A stretch of DNA of 64,000 bases from Balanoglossus misakiensis (GCA_040954595.2 JBECUI020000044.1:24070-88069); one strand, 5' to 3'; shown: positions 43,767-58,678, counted from the first letter of the stretch. Notes: generated from the letters alone by a model not told the origin. Numbers and translations: made by a program.

Positions 43767-44351
43767 ATGAATATTATTGATGAGCTAAATAAACTCGACC
43801 AGAATAACCCGGGCACGTGGCCATTGCCGATAAAACTGATAGTGTATGTGGCAGTGTTTGTGGGGGTAATATTCTTAGGGTGGCAGTTTGATGTAACTAC
43901 ACAGAGAGAAAAATTGGTTGAACTTGAAAGACAAGAGGGCAGCCAGCTTGAGGCCCTAGAAATAAAGCATGGTCAATCAGTCAATATAGAGGTTTTGAGG
44001 GAACAAATGAAGGAAGCAAAACAATCGCTTGGTGATCTGGTACGTCAGTTGCCCGATGAAACAGAGGTTGCTGAATTATTGGAGGATATCTCTCGAGCAG
44101 CTATAAGCGCGGGACTAGAAACCGATCTTTTTCAGCCCCAAAAGGAAAAGGAAGAAGATTTTTATATATCGTTGCCGATTCAGCTTTCTGTAAGCGGAGG
44201 GTACCATCAATTTGGAGAATTTATTAATAATCTCGCTAAGTTGCCGCGCATTGTTACCATACACGATGTCCTTATCAGAGGGGGCAAGGAAGGGGCGTTG
44301 ACTATGGATACTACTGCCCGAACCTATCGTGCAATTCATGACGAGGAATAG
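43767..44351 (+). CDS. pilO: Type IV pilus assembly protein PilO
   Basis: Motifs WPLPIK, QLPDETEV..LLEDI, GGYHQFGEF and LPRIVT. Confidence 0.93.
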   Translation: MNIIDELNKLDQNNPGTWPLPIKLIVYVAVFVGVIFLGWQFDVTTQREKLVELERQEGSQLEALEIKHGQSVNIEVLREQMKEAKQSLGDLVRQLPDETEVAELLEDISRAAISAGLETDLFQPQKEKEEDFYISLPIQLSVSGGYHQFGEFINNLAKLPRIVTIHDVLIRGGKEGALTMDTTARTYRAIHDEE

Positions 44352-44355
44352 ACGG

Positions 44356-44937
44356 ATGTTTATGAAGGCTATTAACATGAAAGTGATTAAAATGGCGGCT
44401 TATCTTACCGCAATAAGTTCGTTGGCATTTATTTCCGGCTGTGTTTCAAGAGATACTTCGGATATCCAGAATCGGATTGCTGAGATTATGACGATGAGAG
44501 GGGCAATGGCCATGGAGTCCTTGCCAGAGATGAAGGTTTACGATGTGTATGATTATCGGTCCGGGAAATTAGGTCGTCGGGATCCATTTCAGCCTTATAT
44601 GAGCAAGGATACCGAGATTAAGGTGAGTGAAAATGAGGGCTTAACAAAGGAAATGCAACGAGAACTTCGAGGCAGAGAGAAAGAAGAACTTGAGAAATAT
44701 GAACTAGGTAGCTTACAGATGGTTGGGACGATTAGCAAAGGGGGCAGTGTTTTTGGTGTCATTCGGGACCCAGAGGGCGTGATTCACCGTGTCAAAGAAG
44801 GCTATTATGTGGGTTTACGCACTGGCAAAGTTACTAATATATCTGATGATTATATTGAACTAAGAGAGATCGTCCGCAGCCCGAATGGTCGATGGCAAGA
44901 AAGGCAGACGCGGCTTGTGCTACAAGAAGCAGAATAA
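44356..44937 (+). CDS. pilP: Type IV pilus lipoprotein PilP
   Basis: Lipobox ISGC, RDPF, KEELEKY.L..L.MVG and GRWQER. Confidence 0.9.
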   Translation: MFMKAINMKVIKMAAYLTAISSLAFISGCVSRDTSDIQNRIAEIMTMRGAMAMESLPEMKVYDVYDYRSGKLGRRDPFQPYMSKDTEIKVSENEGLTKEMQRELRGREKEELEKYELGSLQMVGTISKGGSVFGVIRDPEGVIHRVKEGYYVGLRTGKVTNISDDYIELREIVRSPNGRWQERQTRLVLQEAE

Positions 44938-44964
44938 CTTAAACATGAATATGAGGTAAGTGAT

Positions 44965-47087
44965 ATGAATATTGGGAACAACAATGCAGATATAAAAAAT
45001 AATTATCCAAACACAAAAAAATACGGGATATCGCATTTATTTTTAGCATTTATTTTTGGGCAGATTTTTTTCAGCATTTCTGCACATGCGATTTCGTTAG
45101 ATGATGTTAATGTTTCTACGTTGCCTAATAAGCACGTGCAAATCAAGTTGATATTATCCGAAGCTCCGTCTGCTGCGCCTTTGGATTTTCTTATTAATAA
45201 TCCAGCGAGGATTGCAGTAGATTTTCCTAATACCTCTCTGAATATGACCGAGACTTCGAGGTCAATTGGGGTCGGCGTAGTGAACAGTTTAGATGCGATT
45301 GAAGCCGCAGGACGTACACGAGTTGTGATTAATTTGTCGCAGGCTTCCTCTTATTCGATGAACGTGGAAGGCAATGCTGTCATTTTAAATTTGGTTAGTG
45401 CTATGACCAGTCATGCCAATATTGGCGCAGGCGGAAGTATTGAAAACATTAACTTTCGTAGAGGCGATGGTGGTGAGGGGCGCATTGTTATTGATTTGTC
45501 GGATTCACATATACCGGTAGATATGGATCTTGAGGCAACAGGAATCGTGGTTAATTTTCTTAATACAAAATTGCCTTCTGAGCTAGACAGAAAGCTGGAC
45601 GTAGTTGATTTTGCCACCCCGGTAAAAGCGATAGATACCGCGGTTAGTGGTAACAACGTAAAGATGACTATCAGTACGGTGTCTAATGATTTTATACATG
45701 CCGCATATCAAGCCGAAGACAAATACACTATTGAATTTAAACCTTTACCAAAGGGCGAAGGCGATAAAAAAGGTAAATTTGGTTATACAGGGGAGCGTAT
45801 ATCGCTTAATTTTCAAGATATAGAAGTGAGAGCAGTATTATCATTGTTCGCAGATCTTACGAAGCTTAACATAGTAGTAAGTGATACAGTGGGAGGCAGA
45901 ATAACCTTGCTTCTTAAAGATGTTCCATGGGATCAGGCATTGGATGTAATTCTGCAATCAAAAGGTTTGGGTATGCGTGAAGAAGGCAATATTGTTAGAA
46001 TTGCGCCCTATGCGGAGATTGCCGGCCAAGAACGTCTTGCTTTGGAAGCCACGCTTCAAGCTAAAGAATTAGAGTCATTGCGCACTGAATTTATACGACT
46101 TATTATGCTGATGCCAAGGATGTGCAGGGGTTGTTGGGAGAAGCGGGACAAGAAAATAGCCTGTTGTCTGAACGAGGTAATGTATCTATTGATGGAAGGA
46201 CAAACACCCTCATTGTGCAAGATATAGCGTCTTCTTTGCAAGAGATTAAGGGCATGGTTAGTAAGGTAGATATTCCTGTTCGTCAAGTTTTGATAGAGTC
46301 GAGAATAGTGGCCGCAGACGAAAACTTTTCAAAAGACATTGGTGTCCGCTTTGGCTATAGCGCACATTCCAAGCCGAACGGGGCAACTACCCGGGCTGAT
46401 ATAGGCAATGGAGACCCTTTTGTAGCAATAGGGGGTGGTAACCCAGGTAATGCGACTTATGCAGGAAATACTACATTTGCCAGCGCGGCTGGGCAAGAGA
46501 ATTTAATCGTAGATTTGCCAGCTGGCGCAGCTGGTGCTAGCAAGCTAGCGCTGGCGGTGGGCAAAATTGGCTCTTATCTGTTGCAGTTGGAATTGTCTGC
46601 ATTAATAGCAGAAGGCCGAGGTGAAAGCATCTCTAGCCCTAGAGTCATTACAACTAATAATACTGAAGCGCTGATAAAATCAGGTATTCAGGTGCCTTAC
46701 CAACAGGCATCATCAAGCGGAGAGACTACTGTGTCATTTCAAGATGCTGTTTTGAGCCTGACGGTTACTCCGCAGATAACCCCGGATGATAGCGTTATTA
46801 TGGATTTGCAAGTTACAAATGATTCGGTAAGCGCTACCCAGGTATTAGGCACGCCCGCTCTTATTAATCAAGAGGTAAATACAAAAGTATTGGTTAAAAA
46901 TGGCGAAACGGTAGTGTTAGGCGGTGTGTATGAATTCTACTGATAGAGGTAGTGTGGATAAAACCCCTTTCTTTGGTGATTTGCCCTACGTTGGTTTTTT
47001 ATTCAAACGAACTAGTGCTAATAAAACTAAAAGCGAATTGTTGATTTTTGTTACACCTAAATCCTAAGAGACAATCTCACGATCTAA
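44965..47087 (+). CDS. pilQ: Type IV pilus secretin PilQ (frameshifts near 46100, 46940 and 47060)
   Basis: AMIN domains, ISLNFQDI, VPWDQALD, QVLIESRIV, VTPQITPD and ELLIFVTP. Confidence 0.93.
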
Positions 47088-47111
47088 CGCAGTCTTTACA
47101 TCTTCTAAATG

Positions 47112-47145
47112 AAAAGGGCGCTACCCACAGGGTAATGCCCTTTTT
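47112..47145 (+). terminator. Intrinsic terminator-like hairpin after pilQ
   Basis: AAAAGGGC-gc-TACCC-aca-GGGTA-at-GCCCTTTTT. Confidence 0.75.
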
Positions 47146-47182
47146 AGTGCGAGGTGCTTTTCAAATATATCTTGAGATCAAA

Positions 47183-47716
47183 GTGGGCAAGTCTGGCAAT
47201 ATCTTTTTGATCGGGCCAATGGGCGCTGGAAAGTCTGCCGTTGGCAAGCATTTGTCAGATAAGTTGCCTGCTGAGTTTTATGATTCTGATCGTGAAATAG
47301 AGAATCGTGTTGGGATGAGCATCTCATTTTTCTTTAATCGTTATGGCGAGGAAGAATTTAGAAAACAAGAAAGCAAAGTACTTGCGGAATTAGTTAAGCT
47401 GGAAAACATAATATTATCTACTGGCGGAGGAATAGTATTAGAACCCAATAATCGAAACCTCATTAAAAGCCGGGGAAACGTTATTTATCTGAGCGCAAGT
47501 CCAAGAGAGTTATATGCAAGAATGGCCGGAAATGATTCTAGACCATTACTTAAAAACGGTGATCGACTACTTCATATCATAAGGATTCTGCGTGACAGAG
47601 AGCCTTTGTATCTTTCTGTAGCCGATGAGGCGATTAATACAAATGCTTTGTCTGTCAGACAGGTGACTCAAAAGATATTGGAATTAATTAGAAATAATGA
47701 GAACTATCAATCTTAA
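47183..47716 (+). CDS. aroK: Shikimate kinase
   Basis: Motifs GPMGAGKS, STGGG, RPLL and REPLY; GTG start at 47183. Confidence 0.94.
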   Translation: MGKSGNIFLIGPMGAGKSAVGKHLSDKLPAEFYDSDREIENRVGMSISFFFNRYGEEEFRKQESKVLAELVKLENIILSTGGGIVLEPNNRNLIKSRGNVIYLSASPRELYARMAGNDSRPLLKNGDRLLHIIRILRDREPLYLSVADEAINTNALSVRQVTQKILELIRNNENYQS

Positions 47717-48775
47717 TTTAGGCAAGATTGGTTACCCTATCTATATTGGAGACTCTCTTCTTTCCGACAAGAGGCTATTTGATAAACACTTTACAGGCCA
47801 TCAAGTATTCGTAGTTACTGATGAGAATGTCGCTCCTTTATATTTGCAATATATAGAAGAGCATCTAAGGAAACTCGATTATGAGGTGTTTATATTGCCA
47901 GATGGAGAAGGTTGTAAGTCTATGGATTATCTAAATCGTATCATTACACGCTTATTAGAGAAGAAATATAACCGTACTTGTGTATTGGCTGCATTAGGCG
48001 GAGGCGTCGTTGGTGATTTAACGGGCTTTGCCGCGGCATGTTTTTTGCGCGGTGTAAGATTTATACAAATTCCTACGACCTTTCTGGCTCAGATTGATTC
48101 CTCTGTCGGCGGTAAGACAGCGATTAACCATCCATTAGGCAAAAATATGATCGGAGCATTTCATCAGCCCTGCGCTGTTATTATAGATACCGACGTCTTA
48201 TCAACATTGCCGAGCAGACAGTTTCTTCGGGTTTGGCGGAACTTATTAAGTATGGGGTTATTAGGGATAAAGAATTTTATAAATGGCTTGAAGATAATAT
48301 TGATGCACTAATTGCACGTGACGATAAGGCTTTAATTTATGCGATTGAACGTGCTTGCACCAATAAAGCTGAGATTGTGACGCAGGATGAAAAGAGGTCT
48401 GGTATTAGGGCAGTGCTAAATTTTGGGCATACCTTTGGTCATGCCATGGAGACAGCTCTATCTTATAAATGTTGGTTACATGGCGAGGCTGTTGGCTGTG
48501 GCATGCTAATGGCGGCAGATCTATCAAACCGTATAGGCCTAATAGGAAAGACAGAGGTAGATGGTCTAATAGCATTGCTTAAGCGTGCAGGATTGCCAAC
48601 AAAAATTCATAAGAATATAAAACCTAATCAAATATTTGATAATATGAAAGTGGATAAAAAATGTCGGGGTAGTGCCGTATATTTGATACTTCTAAGAGGT
48701 ATTGGTGATGCCATCATAACCTCCAATTATACAGAGCAAGAACTGACAGACACAATAGACCATTTTACGAGTTAG
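47697..48775 (+). CDS. aroB: 3-dehydroquinate synthase (frameshift near 48225)
   Basis: Motifs ALGGGVVGD, DSSVGGKT, LNFGHTFGHA and LHGEAV. Confidence 0.93.
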
Positions 48776-48917
48776 GAAGACAGGACTCAAAACGAGATTT
48801 TGCTGTTAGGAGTTGTTCGTGCTAAAGATAGCAGCAGTGTCCTAGGAGCATAGAAATAAAACACCTAAAAGCATGCGCAATCTCGCTTTCCTTGAGAATA
48901 TGCGTTCCATAAAAGTA

Positions 48918-51075
48918 ATGAATGATAATAAGAGACGTGCAGCATCACTAGATAAGCATCCTAAATTACCGGGATATGCTTCTATTATAGCGTGCCTAAA
49001 CGAATCTGGGCATCACCCTCTTTCCCTTAAACAGCTTTCAAAGAAATTAAAGATACATTCTCATGAGAATAAACATGCATTGAAGGGTAGGCTAAAGGAG
49101 ATGATGCGAGATGGCTTGCTGTTTCGCACTCGCCGCGGTGGTTTTGGGCTAGCCGAAAAGAAAGACTTAGTCAAAGGACAAGTCATAGGGCATGCTGATG
49201 GTTATGGTTTTGTTGTTCCGGATGACGGGAAGGCGAGGATTTTATTTCTGCCGGCACGAGAAATGCGCTCAATTTTACACAGGGATCGTGTTTTGGTGTG
49301 TGAGGTGAATGTTGACAAAAGAGAAAGCGGGAAGGCGCGTTAATTGAAATCTTGGATAGGGCAAATTATCAAGTCGTAGGGCACTATTACGAAAGAAAAG
49401 GGATCGCATTTGTTGTTCCTGACAATAAACGTATTAGCCAAAATGTGCTGGTCTCGTCAGATGGTAGAAATAATGCAAGGCATGGGCAGTACGTTGTTGT
49501 TCAAATAACTCAACAGCCAGAAAAACACAGGAGACCTACCGGTAATATTTGTGCCATCATTAGCGATCGCCTTGATGCGCCTACAGCAATTGATATTGCC
49601 GTAAGAAGCCATGATATCCCATTTGCATGGCCTTTAGAGGCGGAACAAGAAATCGAAGATATACCAGGCAAGATAGATTTGGACATTGATCCAAATAGAA
49701 AGACTTGCATTGATATTCCGTTTGTTACGATAGATAGTGAAGATGCACGTGATTTTGATGACGCTGTTTTTTGTAGAAGGAAAGGCAATGATTGGCATCT
49801 ATTGGTTGCTATTGCAGACGTATCGCATTATGTGAAGCAACATACAGCGTTAGATAATGAGGCATATAAGCGAGGGACATCAGTTTATTTTCCTGGGCGC
49901 GTCATCCCAATGTTGCCCGAGCACTTATCAAATGACCTATGTTCACTTAAGCCAAATACTAACAGGTACAGCTTGGTTTGCGAGTTATATATTGATGGCC
50001 ATGGCAAAATTAAATCCTCGTCCTTTTTTAAAGCTGTTATCTGTTCTGCTGCTCGACTAAGCTATACAGAGGCGGAAGCTATTATTGTTGAAAGAAATGA
50101 GAGTATTAGAAGAAAGTATTCTCAATTGGTTACACATTTGGATAACTTGTATCAGCTTTATCAATTATTACGCATTGCCCGAGAAAAAAACGGGTTAATC
50201 GACTTTTCCTCGCTTGAGACAAAATTTGATTTTAATAATAGAGGGGATGTTATAACAATCCAAACCTTGCAAAGAAATGATGCACACCGTTTAATTGAAG
50301 AAATGATGTTAATTGCCAATGTTGCCGCAGGAAATCTTTTACAGAAGCATAAGATCCCGAGCTTGTATCGCATTCACCGCGCCCCTGAGGAGAAAAAACT
50401 TGATGACGTGCGCTCATTATTATCTCAACTCGGTTTATTTTTAGACGGGGAGCGCACAGTCTACGACAAAGGACTATGCAGAACTAATGAAGGCTATCCA
50501 CAAGCGTGATGACGCTGTAATGCTGGAGACCATTTTATTACGAAGTATGTCGCCTGCGATATATAGCGCAAAGAATGAAGGTCATTTTGGTTTAGGGTTC
50601 CCAGTCTATACCCATTTTACGTCGCCTATTAGGCGTTATCCTGATCTGATAGTACATCGGCTATCGCGCATATTATTGAAGGCAAATCCACAACCGATTT
50701 TTATTATGATCAAAAATAATGACGAACTTTGCAGAACATTGCTCAATGGTGGAGAGGCGTTCAGAGGAAGGGGACACGCGATGTTTTGCAGAGGTTAAAG
50801 TGCATGTTTATAAGCAGCAGGGTCGGAGAGAAATTCAGCGGCAGAGTGAGCGCGGTAACTTCATTTGGATTATTTGTTTTGCTTGATGATATAAATGTGG
50901 AGGGCTAGTGCATATTAATACATTGCTGTCAGATAACTATCACTTTGATAAAATTACACATAGTTTACACGGTGAGCGCACCGGAGCACATTTTCACATT
51001 GGCCAAAGATTAACAGTTTTGCTTACTCGCGTTGATTTGGGCGAACGTAAAATCGAGCTTGATATTAAGCAATGA
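48918..51075 (+). CDS. rnr: Ribonuclease R (multiple apparent frameshifts)
   Basis: Motifs [40 protein letters not shown] and a C-terminal S1 domain. Confidence 0.92.
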
Positions 51076-51855
51076 TAGCAAAAAAGGCAGAGTATCTATT
51101 TGGGGTTCATGCCGCTATGCGCGCCCTGAAGAATGCGCCAGAGCGGGTGCTTAATGTTTGGCTGCAAAAACCTGTTCAATCTAAGACAATGCGCTCTTTT
51201 CAAAGTATTGCTGATGATTGTGGGATAGCTATTCACTCTGTAGCCAATTCCCACCCTGGATCGTATGACACAAGAGAAGAATCATCAAGGTGTTGTAATA
51301 GAGATTAAGCCAATGGCGGAAAAAACAGAATATGATCTAAGCGGCATACTGGAACAAAATAAGACGCGCAATCCATTGTATTTAATTCTTGATTTAGTGC
51401 AAGATCCTCATAACTTAGGCGCCTGCATTCGTACCGCGGTGGCAGCAGGTGTAACGGCTATCATTATACCCAAGGATCGTGCAGCTGGCGTTAATGCGAC
51501 TGTCAGTAAGGTAGCTAGCGGCGCAGTAGAATGCGCTACAATTGTTCGTATTATCAATTTGTTACGCACGGTCAGGAATATGAAACGCTTTGGTATTTGG
51601 GTTGTTGGCACAGAAGGACATGCTAAGCAGTCAATCTATGATATTGATTTGACAGTACCGACAGCAATCGTTATTGGTAACGAAGGCAAAGGCATAAGGG
51701 CATCTATTCGCAAGGAATGCGATTATTTTGTTTCATTACCAATGACAAGTAGCATAGATAGTCTAAATGTGTCTGTTGCAGCAGGAATTGCATTATACGA
51801 GGCAGTAAGGCAGCGCAGGGCGGCAAGAGGTCTTTTAGAAGGGATAAAAGATTGA
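51072..51855 (+). CDS. rlmB: 23S rRNA Gm2251 methyltransferase (frameshift near 51255)
   Basis: Motifs FGVHA, HQGV, QDPHNLGACIR, GNEGKG and SLNVSVA. Confidence 0.93.
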
Positions 51856-51862
51856 TTTGGTG

Positions 51863-52502
51863 TTAGGTGATTTTGAAAGCGGTATTCCATCGATTAATAA
51901 TTTTACAAAAAAGTAAGGCCGTTTGTTTTGCATCATAATAAGCAGAGTGTGCCTGTTCCTCATCCCACTTAATATCTGCAGCTGTAATGGCGCGTGATAG
52001 TACGGTTTGCCCATAAGCTAGTCCAGCAAGCGTCACCGTGTCAAAGGTGCTAAACGTGTGGAATGGACTTTTTATACCGTTTCTTTTAACACAAGCATTG
52101 ATAAAACCAAGGTCAAAAGAGGCGTTATGCCCAACTAATATCGCTCTTTTACATCCATGCTCTTTAATTTTCTCGCGTATCTTTTTAAATATTATGCATA
52201 GGCATCACGCTCACTAATAGCAATTTGCTGACGAAAAGGATGATCTGGCATGATACCTGTGAACTCCAACGCGCTAGGTTCAAGATTAGCGCCCTCAAAT
52301 GGCTGTATATGTTTAGTGATAATTTCATCAATGTGCCACTGGCGCTCACTATTTACGGTTAGTATTGCCGCAGAAATTTCCAACAAAGCATCGGTGGCTG
52401 CATTGAAGCCAGCTGTTCTATATCTACTACAACAGGAAGAAAGCCACGGAATCGTTTCGCAACAGAGACGGGCAAAGCATTTTCTAGTCCTTGAGTTTCC
52501 AT
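51863..52502 (-). CDS. rnt: Ribonuclease T (frameshifts)
   Basis: Motifs [39 protein letters not shown] and HSAYYD. Confidence 0.9.
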
Positions 52503-53524
52503 GAGCATTTTTCTCCAGAACGAAAAGGAACCAGCCGTTCATTTTCAAATGGCAGTGTATCGGGGATCACCATGTCTTTTTTAATTAGGGTGATCGTTAC
52601 TTTATTGTGCGGTAGATTATAGAAATTAGCACCGTGATAGCTTGCAAACGCCTCCAAATGTTTTAGTCGTCCTGCCCTATCAAATACCTCAACGTAAAAT
52701 GCCAAGGCGGCATATGCTGAAAATATGCCTGCGCAACCACCATCTTTTTCTTTATTATGGCAGGAATGAGGCGCGCTATCTGTGCCAAGAAAAAATTTAG
52801 GGTTACCGCTTACTGCAGCATCTATAATAGCTTGGCGGTCAATTTCTGTTTTTAATATGGGCAAGCAATAATGATGAGGTCGAAGCCCGCCTCTAAAAAG
52901 ATCATTGCGATTTAACAGCATATGATGAGGTGTAATCGTCGCCGCAATATTAGAATTTGCTTCATTTACAAAATCAACTGCATATTTAGTCGTAATATGT
53001 TCAAGCACAATCTTTAGCTCAGGAAAATTATTAATCAATGACGATAATACTTTATCTATAAAAATAGCCTCTCTGTCAAAAATATCGACATCATTATCTG
53101 TCACTTCGCCATGCACCAGTAAGGGAAAATTATGTTCTATCATTTTCTCTATAACAGGCCCAGCCTTACTTATGTCGTTGACGCCCCAGTCAGAATTTGT
53201 GGTTGCTCCTGCGGGATAATATTTTATGGCCTTGATGAAACCGCTCTCAGCCGCTATGCTTATTTCCTCAGATAGAGTATTGTCTGTTAGGTAGAGGCTC
53301 ATCAATGGCTCGAAGCGGTATCGATTGTTTACGCATTTTAGAATACGATTACGATAGTCTAACGCCTTTTTGGTTGTGGTAATCGGAGGAGAAAGATTAG
53401 GCATAATCATTGCCCGCGAGAATTGTGCCGCAGAATAATTGACTATGCTTGACATAGCATTTGTGTCGCGCAAATGAAGATGAAAATCGTCTGGTTTTTT
53501 TATAGTGAGAGATTGCATTGTCAT
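52484..53524 (-). CDS. pyrC: Dihydroorotase
   Basis: Motifs DDFHLHLRD, MPNL, YPAGATTNS and FLGTDSAPH. Confidence 0.95.
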   Translation of the reverse strand: MTMQSLTIKKPDDFHLHLRDTNAMSSIVNYSAAQFSRAMIMPNLSPPITTTKKALDYRNRILKCVNNRYRFEPLMSLYLTDNTLSEEISIAAESGFIKAIKYYPAGATTNSDWGVNDISKAGPVIEKMIEHNFPLLVHGEVTDNDVDIFDREAIFIDKVLSSLINNFPELKIVLEHITTKYAVDFVNEANSNIAATITPHHMLLNRNDLFRGGLRPHHYCLPILKTEIDRQAIIDAAVSGNPKFFLGTDSAPHSCHNKEKDGGCAGIFSAYAALAFYVEVFDRAGRLKHLEAFASYHGANFYNLPHNKVTITLIKKDMVIPDTLPFENERLVPFRSGEKCSWKLKD

Positions 53525-53587
53525 TCATTAAAATAAGGCAGTTAGTAGCCTAATCGTCATTTATGGAATTAGAGTAAGGGGTTATCT

Positions 53588-54628
53588 ATGAAATATAATA
53601 GGCTCGGATGGCATGATATTGAAGTTAGTCAGATTTGTCTAGGCACAATGACTTGGGGTGAGCAGAATACCGAAGCTGAGGCACACAAGCAATTAGACCA
53701 TGCTACATCAGCGGGGGTAAATTTTATTGATACTGCAGAAATATACCCTGTTGCTCCACGTGCAGAGACCCAAGGGTTGACGGAGACCTATCTTGGTAAT
53801 TGGTTAGTCAAGCGGCGTGACCGAGAAAAATTAATCATTGCAACAAAGGTATGCGCCCAAGCCGATTGGTTACCATACATTCGCAATGGCAAACCAAAAT
53901 TAGATAAAAAGAATATTATTCAAGCATTGCATGCCTCGCTTAAACGATTAAAAACAGACTACATTGATTTGTACCAAGTACATTGGCCTGAACGCGACAC
54001 CAACTTTTTTGGGAGATTGGGTTATCATCATTCACCAGAGAAAGACGGTGTCCCTATTCTAGAAACATTATCTGTACTTAGCGATTTGGTTAAACAGGGA
54101 AAGATTAGAACCCTTGGCGTTTCGAATGAAACGGCTTGGGGATGCGCAGAGTATTTGCGCTTGGCAAGTCAAGAACACTTGACCCGGATTGCCAGCATTC
54201 AAAATCCTTATAATTTATTAAATCGTACGTTTGAGATTGGTTTAGCAGAGTTTGCGCATCGGGAGCAACTTGGCTTGTTGGCCTATTCACCGTTAGCATT
54301 TGGTGTATTAAGTGGTAAATACCTAAATGGAGCGAGACCTGCAGGCACACGCCTTAGTCTATTCGATAGGTTTACTCGCTATATAAGCCCGCAAGCAGAG
54401 CAGGCGACTGCAGCTTATGTTAAGCTGGCAAAAGATAGTGGTTTAGATCCATCGCAAATGGCGTTGGCTTATGTCAATAGCCGTTCATTTGTGATCAGCA
54501 ACATCATTGGAGCAACGTCAATGGAGCAGTTAGAAACAGATATAAACAGTATACATATAAGGCTCTCAAGAGATGTTATCAGGGCGATCGATGCTATCCA
54601 CAAAGCAATTCCAAACCCCTCCCCTTAA
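53588..54628 (+). CDS. tas: NADP(H)-dependent aldo-keto reductase (Tas)
   Basis: Motifs LGTMTWGEQN, DTAEIYP, DLYQVHWP, SNET and YSPLAFG. Confidence 0.88.
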   Translation: MKYNRLGWHDIEVSQICLGTMTWGEQNTEAEAHKQLDHATSAGVNFIDTAEIYPVAPRAETQGLTETYLGNWLVKRRDREKLIIATKVCAQADWLPYIRNGKPKLDKKNIIQALHASLKRLKTDYIDLYQVHWPERDTNFFGRLGYHHSPEKDGVPILETLSVLSDLVKQGKIRTLGVSNETAWGCAEYLRLASQEHLTRIASIQNPYNLLNRTFEIGLAEFAHREQLGLLAYSPLAFGVLSGKYLNGARPAGTRLSLFDRFTRYISPQAEQATAAYVKLAKDSGLDPSQMALAYVNSRSFVISNIIGATSMEQLETDINSIHIRLSRDVIRAIDAIHKAIPNPSP

Positions 54629-54652
54629 TTAGATTAACAGGGTTACGAGTAA

Positions 54653-56064
<1,412 letters not shown>

Positions 56065-56077
56065 TTTAAGGTTTTGT

Positions 56078-58678
56078 TTAGACGATAGATTCAAGCACAG
56101 TTTTTGCTTTTGAGGCACACTTTTGAAAGGTATCAATTTTGTCGAAATTAAGGTAACGATAGATTTCTGTTGCCATTGGATCAATGTTTTTCGCGAAGGT
56201 CATATATTCGCTCCTACTCGGAATATGCCCTAATATTGATGAAACAGCGGCAATCTCAGCAGATGCCAAATATACATTGGCTCCATCTCCTAAGCGATTC
56301 GGAAAGTTGCGGGTTGATGTTGAGATGACGGTCGACCCTGGAGATACTCGTGCCTGGTTGCCCATACAGAGTGAGCAACCGGGCATTTCTGTTCTTGCCC
56401 CTGATTTACCGAAGATGCTGTAGTAGCCTTCTTCAGTAAGTTGCTGTTGATCCATCTTAGTGGGAGGTGATATCCACAGGCGTGTAGGTATTGCTTTCGT
56501 GGCTTTTTGCAGCATCTTACCTGCAGCACGGAAGTGCCCGATATTGGTCATGCATGAACCAATAAAGACCTCATCTATCTTTGTGCCGGCAAGCTCTGAA
56601 AGTGGTTTTATATCGTCTGGATCATTTGGGCAGGCCAATAAAGGTTCTTTGATTTCATTTAGATTAATTTCAAAGACCTTGACATATTCGGCATCGGAAT
56701 CAGGTTCCATCAGTTTCGGATTCGCTATCCAGTTTCCATGGCACACGCACGCCGCTCTAGCGCACGCGCATCATTATAGCCCTCGCTAATCATCCAGCGT
56801 AATAATGTAATATTAGAACGCAGATACTCAATAATTGGCGCCTTGTTTAGGCGAACTGTGCATCCACTTGCCGATCGCTCCGCGCTGGCATCAGACAGTT
56901 CAAATGCTTGTTCGCATTTTAAGTCCGGTAAACCTTCTATCTCTAGGATTCGCCCGAAAAAATGTTTTTTTACCCTGTTTCGCAATAGTTAAGTCTCCGC
57001 TTTTAAGCGCCATATAAGGGATTGCATTGACGAGATCACGCAAAGTAATGCCTTCTTGCATGCTCCCATGAAAGCGCACTAGAACTGATTCTGGCATGTC
57101 CAAAGGCATGATGCCTGTCGTTGCTGCAAATGCAACTAATCCAGAGCCGGCAGGGAATGAAATTCCAATCGGGAAGCGGGTGTGAGAATCTCGCCTGTTC
57201 CAACTGTGTCTGGTAATAACATACGGTTTAGCCAAGAATGGATAATCCCGTCACCAGGACGCAAGGCGATGCCGCCTCGTGTTCGCATGAAATCAGGCAA
57301 AGTGTGATGAACGGTCACATCAATAGGCTTGGGATAAGCCGCAGTATGACAAAATGATTGCAGCACTAAATCAGATGAGAAACCCAGGCACGCAAGGTCT
57401 TTTAACTCATCTCGGGTCATAGGCCCAGTCGTGTCTTGCGAGCCTACAGTGCTTATCTTCGGTTCGCAGTAAGTATTGGGACGAACACCTGCAACACCGC
57501 AGGCATGCCCCACAATTTTTTGAGCTAGGCTATAGCCTTTATTCGGCTTATTATCAGGAACAGACAAAGCGGCGCGAAACAGGTTTGTTTTCCCAAGACC
57601 AAGAGCCTCACGGGCTCGATCTGTGAGACTTCTACCAATGATAAGCGAGATGCGCCCGCCTGCCTGAATCTCATCTAAAAGAATATCCGATTTAACTCAA
57701 AGCAGCACAGCTCTTCGCCCGTCTCTGCATTTTTAATCTTTCCTTGATAGGGGTAGATATCAATAACGTCCCCCATATTTATTTTGTCGACATTGCATTC
57801 AATAGGCAGGGCGCCAGCGTCTTCCATAGTATTAAAGAAGATAGGGGCGATTTTGCCGGCTAAGCAAAAACCGCCGCGGCGTTTATTGGGGATAAAAGGA
57901 ATGTCTTCGCCCATATACCATAATATAGAGTTAGCGGCTGATTTTCGCGAAGAACCAGTGCCAACCACATCGCCTACATACGCCAAAGGATGACCTTTTT
58001 TGCGCAAGGCGTGAATCTGCTTGACAGGGCCTATCTCACCTGGTTTATCGGGTGTAATGCCCTTACGCACTGACTTTAACATGGATAAAGCATGTAACGG
58101 AATATCCGGACGAGACCAAGCATCAGGAGCAGGAGAAAGGTCATCAGTATTTGTCTCGCCCGGCACCTTGAATGCTGTGACGGTCAATTTTTCCGGTAAT
58201 TCAGGTCTTACAGTAAACCAGTCCCCTTCCGCCCATGACTGTATAACAGCTTTTGCATATTCATTGTCAACCGCCTTTTCTTTTACATCATAGAAAGCAT
58301 CGAACATAAGTAAAGTATGAGATAGTGCTTCTACCGCTATTGGCGCCAAAGATTCATCGTCAAGGCAAGCAATCAAAGGCGCAATATTGTAGCCGCCTAG
58401 CATGTTTCCCAATAGCGCCACTGCGTTTTTTCTGTCTATTAATGGCGATTCAGCGTCTCCTTTAATAATTGCTGTTAAAACCCCGCCTTGATATAGGCTG
58501 CCTGATCTACTCCTGCTGGGACCCGCTGGGTAAATAAATTCAGAATAAACGCATCTTCGCCTGATGGCGGTGCCTTTAATAACTCCACTAAATCAGTAGT
58601 CTGTTTCGGGCTAAGCGGCTGAGGCAAAATGCCCTGATTTTCTCGTTCCTGTACATGTTTGCGGTATGCTTCAAGCAA
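56078..58678 (-). CDS. acnB: Aconitate hydratase B (multiple frameshifts)
   Basis: Motifs [39 protein letters not shown] and [10 protein letters not shown]; AGGAGG before a TTG start. Confidence 0.95.

Noticed and set aside
48776-48917. Possible structured RNA between aroB and rnr
   Set aside because: Only weak, interrupted complementarity and no recognisable family.
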